Virus record (IMG/VR): IMGVR_UViG_3300021134_000001
Span: 2,824-66,823 of that record
DNA: 64,000 bases
From: a virus
Strand: one strand, 5' to 3'
Notes under the pieces: generated by a model
What the model saw: only the letters and a program-made list of their open reading frames with translations
The model's database searches: none
Told to the model about the DNA's origin: nothing
Shown: positions 37,087 to 45,700 of the stretch, one piece after another
Layout: every line of letters begins with the position of its first letter
How positions within the stretch are numbered: the stretch's first letter is position 1
Program-made: the position numbers and the translations under genes

Positions 37087-39504
37087 TTATTGCGCTGCGC
37101 GAGTTAAACCGTAAGAGGTACGCATAGACTTATCCATAGATCCTGATCCAAACATTTCTTTAACCTTCTTCTCAATCATAATGTCAATCTGTTTAGATCC
37201 ATCTTGATTAGTGGTTTCTGCGGTAGTCACGGTTGTATCAGCGTTATTGTAAACGTTAACTGTGGTTGGAGCCGCAGTGACGCCTAGTTTACCATCGCCA
37301 CCTCTTTTAAGAGGCATAATGGCTTCAGGACCAGATTCGCCCATAACCCCAATGCGACCTTGAGTTGCGCCAAAGACGCCACCTGTAGCGAACTTAAACA
37401 CTTGAGGTGAGGTAGAAACGTCGCTCATACTAGCGCCACTGGCACCGCCAAATAGACCGCCTAACCATGAACCAAATCCACCACCACCGCTTCCAGCGGT
37501 TGCGCCTGGTAATGAATTCTTAATACTATCCATTAGCGGTTTCATGATGGTCAATTGAACAATCATCTTAGCGATATCTTTGAGAACAGATTCAGTAAAC
37601 TTCGAGAATGAGAACTCAGCTTGACCTAACGTGTCAATAAAGTTATTAACAGCGTTCGACGCGTTACGATCAATAGCGTCAGTGATCCCTTCACTCATCT
37701 TCTTGAGTTCAAGATTAACACCTTCAACTTCAGCCTTCAATTTCTCGGCCTGTGTAGCGTTCAGTTTACCTTCAGCCAAAGCCTCATCAATCATTTGTAA
37801 CTGAGTGGCAACATCTTCAGCAGCCTTAGCAGAGCCATTGATTTTCTTAGTTAGATCGTAGAACTTATCAGTACCTTTGCCGAGCGTATCTTGCAATTGT
37901 TCTAAATCTTCTTTATATTTCTTAAGAATGACTGGATCGGTTGTATCGAGCATTAACATCTGCATGTAAGCGATCTTCTCAGTTAACTGAGGAACGCCAT
38001 CTTGCGCCTTTTCAATTCCTTGGCGCCACTGTTCGAATGGATCTCCAGCGGCTTTAAGTTTATCTATCTCTTCTTGTAAATGAGTAATCATCTGAGGATT
38101 AGTCTCAGTGGATAGAAGCTTGTACATATAAGCTAGCTTCTGATTCACCATCCCTAGATCTTCTTTGAAGTTTTGTAAACCTTCTACAAAAGACTTCCAC
38201 GCGTCACGACCGGTTTTAGCGGCATTCTTTGCCGGATTGGCGAAATTCTCAGTAAATCCTTCACCAGTCTTCTTCGTGGCGCCAGCGATATCGTTCATCT
38301 GGAGTTTCGTGAGAAGTAGGTCTGATTTTAATACTTCTAATCCTGATGTATCGAAGCCAAACGCCTTCTTAACAGCGATACCCGCATCAATCGCGGCAAT
38401 ACCAATATCAACAAAGAGATTCTTAACAGCTGTCCAATTAAGAACGACCACACCGGCGATCGCTACTATTGCGGTAAACGGGTTAGCCAATGCAGCGGCT
38501 AACATCGCTCGCGTGTACATCAAAACAGCTTCGAGTAATGGTCCTGCGAACACGATGGCTAACAACTCCGCAACCTTTATAATGTCATCCATACTAGCCG
38601 CAACGTCTTTAGAAAATGCGATTAGATTTCCAAACACATAAGTAGCCACCTGTCCGACCTGTTCTAAGGCAACAGTAATCTTTTCATTGATCTGAAAGGC
38701 CTTTGCGAACTCTACCTTAAATTGTGTAAATTGATTGTTGATTACATTTAAACTCTGTGAGATACGACGCGGTAAATTACCAAAAGACTCAGAGATCTTA
38801 CCATCACTATCTTTCAAAGCGTCAACTAGAATCTGTGAGGTAACTTTACCTTCACCACCCATCTTACGTAACTGACCAATGGTAATGCCTAAAGATTCGG
38901 CAATTCGGTTGGCAACTGTCGGTGCACGCTCTAACAGTGAGATCATCTCGTCACCACGTAACGAGCCTGAGCCTAACGCTTGTGAGAATTGAAATACTGC
39001 ACCAGAGGCTTCTTCAATGGAGCCGCCAGTGGCACCTAATTTCAAGAAGTTCTCAGTAACCTTTTGAATCTCTTCGTTAGACGAACCTAACGATTTCATA
39101 CCAATAGACATACGACGCATCGCATCGGCGGTCTGTTCTAACGGTAAACCTAATGAGTTTGACGTCTCTTGAACACGCATCATCATATCAGCGGCGCGCT
39201 CGCCACTTCCAAGAACCGCTTTAAACGATCCTTCTAACGACAACATTGCTTCACGAGTTTTAGCGAAACCTGCAATGCTATTAAACGCGTTTGAGACTAA
39301 CGCCATACCATTTGACAGGGCAGTAGTGGCTACGTTAAATTTTACCATCGCACCTTGAATACCAGTAAATTGGGACTCAACGGCCTTTGACGCTCCGCCA
39401 AACTTCTCTAATTCTTTTGTGGCTTGCGCCATACCGGCGGTAAACGCTGCGGTTTGTGCTTCTAGCGTGACGACTAGTGCGCCAACGTCATTATTTCCAG
39501 CCAT
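37087..39504 (-). CDS. tail tape measure protein
   Basis: QFSQALGSG.LRGDE tape-measure domain, FATGG, GESGPEAIMPL. Confidence 0.93.
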   Translation of the reverse strand: MAGNNDVGALVVTLEAQTAAFTAGMAQATKELEKFGGASKAVESQFTGIQGAMVKFNVATTALSNGMALVSNAFNSIAGFAKTREAMLSLEGSFKAVLGSGERAADMMMRVQETSNSLGLPLEQTADAMRRMSIGMKSLGSSNEEIQKVTENFLKLGATGGSIEEASGAVFQFSQALGSGSLRGDEMISLLERAPTVANRIAESLGITIGQLRKMGGEGKVTSQILVDALKDSDGKISESFGNLPRRISQSLNVINNQFTQFKVEFAKAFQINEKITVALEQVGQVATYVFGNLIAFSKDVAASMDDIIKVAELLAIVFAGPLLEAVLMYTRAMLAAALANPFTAIVAIAGVVVLNWTAVKNLFVDIGIAAIDAGIAVKKAFGFDTSGLEVLKSDLLLTKLQMNDIAGATKKTGEGFTENFANPAKNAAKTGRDAWKSFVEGLQNFKEDLGMVNQKLAYMYKLLSTETNPQMITHLQEEIDKLKAAGDPFEQWRQGIEKAQDGVPQLTEKIAYMQMLMLDTTDPVILKKYKEDLEQLQDTLGKGTDKFYDLTKKINGSAKAAEDVATQLQMIDEALAEGKLNATQAEKLKAEVEGVNLELKKMSEGITDAIDRNASNAVNNFIDTLGQAEFSFSKFTESVLKDIAKMIVQLTIMKPLMDSIKNSLPGATAGSGGGGFGSWLGGLFGGASGASMSDVSTSPQVFKFATGGVFGATQGRIGVMGESGPEAIMPLKRGGDGKLGVTAAPTTVNVYNNADTTVTTAETTNQDGSKQIDIMIEKKVKEMFGSGSMDKSMRTSYGLTRAAQ

Positions 39505-39506
39505 TA

Positions 39507-39986
39507 CTATCTCCTTCTCTTATACCCACCACGGATAGCCATACGGCCGGCTTCTTTATACAATTCTGTCTTCATACCTTGAACCATTAACTCAGCGATC
39601 TCACGTTTGTGTAAAGCCCAGGTCTGGGCGATACCTGTACCAGCTGAATCAAAGTTACCTGAAGATGCGGACACCTTTGTGCCATCTTTACGGGTGTAGG
39701 CTTTTCTACCTACATCCAAAACTTTATAGTATTGGCGACTGTTCAGTCCAACCTTTACTTTGTTATTGCCCATATACTTCATAGTAATGGACTTGCGAAG
39801 GAGACCTTTCTCTCCTTTAGGCGCAGCACGCCTCATGAACGTGCGCAAACGGGAGCCAGCCATCCTGACTCCTGCTCGCACAATATTCTTATTCACCTTC
39901 TCAGGCAAGACTTTCATCGCCTCTAGTAGAGAATCAAGTCCATCTAATTGATAACCACTATCTTCTTTTGAGGTATCATAACTCAT
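39507..39986 (-). CDS. HK97 gp10-like tail completion protein
   Basis: GLD.L...L, AP...GLLRKSI. Confidence 0.8.
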   Translation of the reverse strand: MSYDTSKEDSGYQLDGLDSLLEAMKVLPEKVNKNIVRAGVRMAGSRLRTFMRRAAPKGEKGLLRKSITMKYMGNNKVKVGLNSRQYYKVLDVGRKAYTRKDGTKVSASSGNFDSAGTGIAQTWALHKREIAELMVQGMKTELYKEAGRMAIRGGYKRRR

Positions 39987-40452
39987 TTAGTTAGTCCTTT
40001 CACAAGATCATCTGGGCTACTGAGAAGGTTTTTCTGACCACCGAGTTTCTGGGCAGTCTCATGTTCTTGCGCCTTACGCTGATAGAAATATATCCAACCA
40101 AGATATTCGGTGGCTGGCATCTTTTCCTTCAGTTCATAGAGCGGAAGTCCAAGAGTTTCCGCTAGACTGTAGAGGCCAAATTCGTGGTCGCTAAGGGCTT
40201 TCCCGCTGTGTCACCACTTAGGCCTGTAACTTCAAGAACGGCCTGCATTAGTTTAATATATTCACCGAGACCTAGGTTATTCACGGATTCACCTATAGGT
40301 TGACCATTCACGAAGATAGATTTTTTAACCAACGCCATTTGGAAATCTTTAGGCGACTTCTCCATCAAATCAATGATTGGAAATAGTACACCAACGGTTG
40401 GTTCACGTACTTCATATGTACCGCTTTCTAATACTACTTGTGTTGTTTTCAT
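39983..40452 (-). CDS. tail assembly chaperone G (stop 40162) and -1 frameshift product GT (stop 39983)
   Basis: slippery G GGA AAG at 40204-40198; -1 frame open with LAETLG..L.EL...M...EY.GW..FY. Confidence 0.88.
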
Positions 40453-40548
40453 GTATGCTCTCACTTTTAACGGCTCACCAATTAAAAGACTACGGAAAGT
40501 AGGGTGAGCAACTACCTTGTCGGCTTTCGCCTATCCGTGTCAAAAGTT

Positions 40549-40590
40549 TACTACTCTAATCCACTCATAAGAATGGACTAGATAGTTTAC
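40549..40590 (-). terminator. long hairpin after tail tube gene
   Basis: tctagtccattc-ttat-gagtggattaga; homologous to 62171-62213. Confidence 0.65.
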
Positions 40591-40591
40591 C

Positions 40592-41260
40592 TTACACTGT
40601 TGGTGTAACGAAACGATGTACTGGCTTAGATGCCAATGTGGCTGTACCGTTAAACGCGATAGCGCCATCTAATGGGAGATCCCATGTCAATTGGCTAACA
40701 GCTAAAGGCGCAATGATGAAACCGTTTGAAGGTAGTTCAATACGGATCATGCGTGTTAAACCATCTTCTGCAGCGGCTAACAGTGCTGGGTAATCTTCAG
40801 CAGTAATATCTACATAACCACCGAATGTTAGAGTACCAGCCTGAACTACAACAGAAGGAATAGAAGCAGTTGGATCGCAGTATGTACCAACAGAAACGGT
40901 TCCAGGTGTGTCAGAGTTAATGGCCAATGCGTTCAAACAGAGGTTAGTAAACTTAGAAAATACCTTCGCAGTACCAGTGAACAATGTTGGCGGCTCTGTA
41001 ATAGCAGTAGAGTCGGCGCCAATCAATTCGATTTCAGTGCTAGAAGTGTTTGGACCTGCTACGAATGTTTTACCATCCAATAGAGCAAAGGTCGTACCAG
41101 CGATAGTTACTAAATCGCCTGGTTTTGCGGTGTTAATCGCAGTGATAACAGTTGGATTGCTTGACGAAATGCCGGTGATGGTCGCAGTTGTTGAGGATCC
41201 TGCTTGATCTACCGGAGAGCTGAGGCCGATGATTACGCCTTTTGAACTTTTCGCTGACAT
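40592..41260 (-). CDS. major tail tube protein
   Basis: position upstream of chaperone; beta-rich; ITGISSSNP insertion domain. Confidence 0.8.
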   Translation of the reverse strand: MSAKSSKGVIIGLSSPVDQAGSSTTATITGISSSNPTVITAINTAKPGDLVTIAGTTFALLDGKTFVAGPNTSSTEIELIGADSTAITEPPTLFTGTAKVFSKFTNLCLNALAINSDTPGTVSVGTYCDPTASIPSVVVQAGTLTFGGYVDITAEDYPALLAAAEDGLTRMIRIELPSNGFIIAPLAVSQLTWDLPLDGAIAFNGTATLASKPVHRFVTPTV

Positions 41261-41272
41261 ATGTAATTCTCC

Positions 41273-41668
41273 TTAATTAAACAAATAAATGTATTCAATA
41301 CCTACAGTTACTTGATAGTATTTATTAGCGTCACCACCGGAAAACTCTTCAGGTGCCTGATCATTTAATAATGTAAGTTTCCCATTTGGGTCGTGATTAT
41401 TCATAAATTTTGCGGCAATTTCGGTAGCGTAATCTAATACGTCACCATCGCCAGTGCCTGGCTGTCCTGAGACAATGATATCAATTACACCATGTTCTTC
41501 TTTACTATCGCAATAACTCTTTGAGTCAGTGTATTCATGACTGAACTCAATAGTACACCAAAACGGATCTTGTGGATCATGTTCGGTATTAATTGTATCA
41601 TAGTAAGGAACATCGGACGCTGTTTGAATCCACTCACGAGCCATATCTCGAACATATTTTCTAGACAT
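41273..41668 (-). CDS. tail terminator-like protein
   Basis: size and synteny. Confidence 0.6.
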   Translation of the reverse strand: MSRKYVRDMAREWIQTASDVPYYDTINTEHDPQDPFWCTIEFSHEYTDSKSYCDSKEEHGVIDIIVSGQPGTGDGDVLDYATEIAAKFMNNHDPNGKLTLLNDQAPEEFSGGDANKYYQVTVGIEYIYLFN

Positions 41669-42006
41669 TATTTACCTCGTGTAGTAATTTTATAGCCAAT
41701 AATGGTGTCGTTTAAACGGACAGGAGTAACTGTCTCAGCGATAAACTTTTCACCTTTAATGGTAAACGAATCAAACTTCTCAGGTGTTACATCGGTAAAA
41801 TCGCCTGCTTTTGCGGTAATGGTTTTACCAGCAAGGGCATACGCGTTTACGTTAGGTTGGTCAGTATTTCCCATCTTTGAGAAACCGACGGTTAGCGTTT
41901 TAGTTGTTTCAGTTTTCACATTCACCCAATCGGCTTTGACACCGAGTAAATCAATGACTGTCACAAAGGCGCCATCAATGGTGGAATAGAGATCTGTACT
42001 TAGCAC
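41668..42006 (-). CDS. head closure / head-tail joining protein
   Basis: size and synteny. Confidence 0.55.
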   Translation of the reverse strand: MLSTDLYSTIDGAFVTVIDLLGVKADWVNVKTETTKTLTVGFSKMGNTDQPNVNAYALAGKTITAKAGDFTDVTPEKFDSFTIKGEKFIAETVTPVRLNDTIIGYKITTRGK

Positions 42007-42608
42007 GATATATCCCTATAATAATCAAGTAAATGGAAGAAGGAACCATACTGGCCCCAAGCCGCCGTTCTTGCCGCAGTAGCGGTGGTAGCAGAACCAC
42101 TTGTGTTGAAACTCACAGTACCAACGTCAGGGATGTTGATGCTAGAGATAGCACCTGAACTCAATGACGATGAACTGCCAGACGAAGCGCCTGGATTATC
42201 GATGGCTTTATATGTGGCATCAAAGATACCCCAAAGTGCGAGTTCAATATCAGCAGGTAGAATTTTATATCCAGCCGCGTAATCGACCTCAAGCTCTTCT
42301 GCGCGATTGTAGTTCTTTAACTCTAATCGACCTAAGAGATGGTGAATCTTGTATTCAGGAAAGTTGCCATCTGAATCTTGCACGTTAAAGACTGCTTCAA
42401 TTGGATACCGCTTTAGCGTGTATCTTTTAGATACTTGATAGTAAAACTTGGCGCGCTCAGCGGCCTTAAACATAAACTTGCGGTCGCAGTAATTCTCTGC
42501 AATCGCTAAGGATGCATTCATAGCACCAACTAGTTGAGCGTCTTTTGATGTATCGCTAGCGTCTAAACCAACTCTAACACGAGCTGACTCAATATCAAAA
42601 CTCATAAT
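42000..42608 (-). CDS. head-tail adaptor protein
   Basis: AENYCDRKF, YAAGY..LPADI, LLDYYR; start approximate. Confidence 0.8.
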   Translation of the reverse strand: MMSFDIESARVRVGLDASDTSKDAQLVGAMNASLAIAENYCDRKFMFKAAERAKFYYQVSKRYTLKRYPIEAVFNVQDSDGNFPEYKIHHLLGRLELKNYNRAEELEVDYAAGYKILPADIELALWGIFDATYKAIDNPGASSGSSSSLSSGAISSINIPDVGTVSFNTSGSATTATAARTAAWGQYGSFFHLLDYYRDISC

Positions 42609-42684
42609 CATCTCCCGTGTGTAATACATTATAGATAGATTTCATAATATCCTTAATCAGTAGGCTTAGTAATAGCGACAGCTA

Positions 42685-42724
42685 AAAATAAAGACACCGC
42701 TACCTTTCGATAGCGGCGCCTCTT
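42685..42724 (-). terminator. intrinsic terminator
   Basis: minus strand ggcgccgcta-loop-tagcggtgtc then T-rich tract. Confidence 0.7.
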
Positions 42725-42760
42725 AAACATTAATACTTATATAATGGCATGATTTATTCC

Positions 42761-45700
42761 CTATTTTCTTTTGCGCTCATACTTGCTCTTAACCAATAAG
42801 GCTTCGCTTGTTGCTGGAGTCATTACATCCATCCATACATATCCACCATTCGGATCGTTGGCTGGGAAAAACTGTATGAGCCATCCACCTGGAACCTCGA
42901 AGGTGTGTGGTGTACTTACAGACTCTTCAGCAGTTACAGTCACCCATGAGTTTGCTGCCTCTGGGAAGTTGAAGCGGCCAGCGGTTGGAGGGTTGATAGA
43001 GAAAACAAAATCCATTCCAACTGCAGAAGTTACAGACATAGTTACAGGGTCTGGAGGAGTAGGTGGAGCTTCTTCAACAGTTACGTCAGCAGTTACAGGC
43101 TTACTCAACTCGTTAGGACTGAAAGTAATTGTATACGTTCCAGCCGCGCGATAAGCGTAAGTACCAGTACCATCGGCGGTCTCTAGCGTTCCTTGTGGGA
43201 TAGCAGGAGTTGTCACTTCACCAGTATCAGGATCAGTTACTTCTGCTACAGCATCGCCAAAGTAATACGTTCCGCCACATGGGATATCTAATGCCAATGA
43301 GACATTGAGATAATTAGGTGTAGGAGTAATTACATATGGAACGCTTGTATGCGACACGAATGTCGTAGTAGCTTCGTAGTTATGATCGTCTGGAACATAG
43401 CGAATTGTGAATGTACCATCTAATGGATAGGTGTAAGTACCTGTACCATCGCCAGTAGTCAACGTACCTTCAGGAACAGCAGGAACCTCAGGAATAGTCG
43501 GTGTCAACTCTACAGTTGCACTTGACTGAGCCACAGGATCCGCATCAGGAATATCTAATGGAGTAATCATTACCATAGTGTCATCAGACGCCATGAAAGA
43601 TACTGTCACAGATGACGCGGCAGGATAAGTAAAGGTTGCATTGCCATCGGCGCTTAGGAAGCTTGAGCCTGCCTCATCACCAAATGCATACATACCGCCA
43701 ATACCCTTGTTATTGCTGAAGTTGAACTTCCACTGTCCATTATCATAGTCAGGAGTTGCAGTCATCTGTAGACCATAAGTCGCTGGGACTTCTGGAATAG
43801 CAGGCTGTGCATCGCCGAAATAATAAGTACCGGCCAAAGCAGGTGCAGATGCTAGAGTCGCTGTACGTTCATCACGCATAGCAACGATAGAGTAATCTGT
43901 ACGCGCTACGGCGTTGACGTCCAGAGTGACTGGCTTACTGAGTTCGTTAGGCTCAAATGTAATAGTGTAATCACCAGCACGAGCATAAGTATACTCAACA
44001 ACACCGTCAGTAGTCTCAATGACTCCTTCAGGGATTGCAGGTTCTGGAACTACTAACCATTCATTATCGCTAACTTGCTCGATAGAGCCAGAGTCTAACA
44101 CTTCAAGTTGCATTGTAGAAACTGAACCATTAGTATCGTCTGTAAATGTTACAGTATATGTACCAGCAGCAGCGTAAGTAAATGCACCATCAGCATTGAC
44201 AGTACCGTCTGGATCTCCATAAGAGTATTGACCAGCAGACTTACCGCGCTTTGCAGCACGGAGTCGATGAGCAATACGTGAGAAACGAGTCACACCGTCA
44301 TTAGTGAACGTGAAGGCCAAAGAGTTGTCTGCAGAAGGCGTCGCAATAATGTGAGCCTTATACACACCAACAACCTCAGGAACGTAGTCACCCATTCTAT
44401 ACACACCGCCGCATGTCGGAGACAAGCTTAGGGTTTTGTATAAGAAATACTCTGGAGATGAGATAACATACGGAACGCTATTATGAGAGATAAACTCTGT
44501 AGTAGCATTATAGTTATGGTCATCAGGAATATAGGTAATTGTAAACGTACCTTCACGAGCATACTCATAGGTACCTGTACCATCAGAAGTTGTTAGCGTG
44601 CCTTCTTCGATAGCTGGAACTTCTGGGATTGCTTCAGTCAGAATTTCTTCAGGACTGGTTTGCGCCACAGGGTCAACATCAGGAACACTCAACGTCATAG
44701 TAGATACAGCGCCTGTAGAGGCTTCTGTAAACGTGACAGTATAATCTCCAGCCGCAGTGTAAATCATTTCAGACACACCGTTAGGTGTCTCATCTGTGGT
44801 AGACTCTGCATCGCCATACGAGTAAATACCTTCTACACCGGTATCAAAGATAAAGGTGAGTGGAACTGGATCATAAGCAGGAGTTGCAACTATTTGTTTC
44901 TTATAGACAGCTGGAACTTCTGGCACAGCAGGAACGTAATCACCGAAATGATATACACCTGGTAACGCAGGAGAAGATGACAATGTAGCAGTACGCTCAT
45001 CACGAGATGCAGTGATAGAGTATGAAGTACGTTCGACAGCACTTACATCCAATGTGACAGGTTTACTCAACTCATTCGGATAGAATGTGATTGTGTAATC
45101 GCCAACACGTGGGTAAGTATATTCGGCAGTACCGTCTGTAGTCGTAACTTCACCAGCAGGAATCGCAGGTACTTCTGGGACATAAGGAGAAATCTCCTCA
45201 AGTTCACCAGTCTGTGCAACAGGCGCGTCATCAACTATCAACGATAGATTGGAGACATAGCCGGTCGCATCGTCAGTAAATGTTACAGCGTATGTACCAG
45301 GACCAGGATAGGTAAAGACACCTGAAGTATCAACAGTTGCGGCTTCATCGCCATAACCGAAAGAACCGGCAGGAGCGTTCTCTACGCTAAATGTAAACAT
45401 ATAAGGAACAGGAGGATCCGAAGCATCTGGTGTTGCGGTGATCTTGTTCTTATTTACAGCTGGAACTTCTGGAATCGCAGCTACATAGTCGCCCATGTTA
45501 TAATATCCGCCACAAGTTGGGGATAAGCTGAGAGTCTTGTACATAAAGTACTCAGGAGAACTAATCACATAAGGCACGCTTGTATGTGCGATACATGTTG
45601 TAGTAGCTTCATAGTTGTGATCGTCAGGAACATAACGAATCGTATAAGTACCTTCACGAGGATAGGTGTAAGACGCAGTACCATCAGAACTTGTAGCAGT

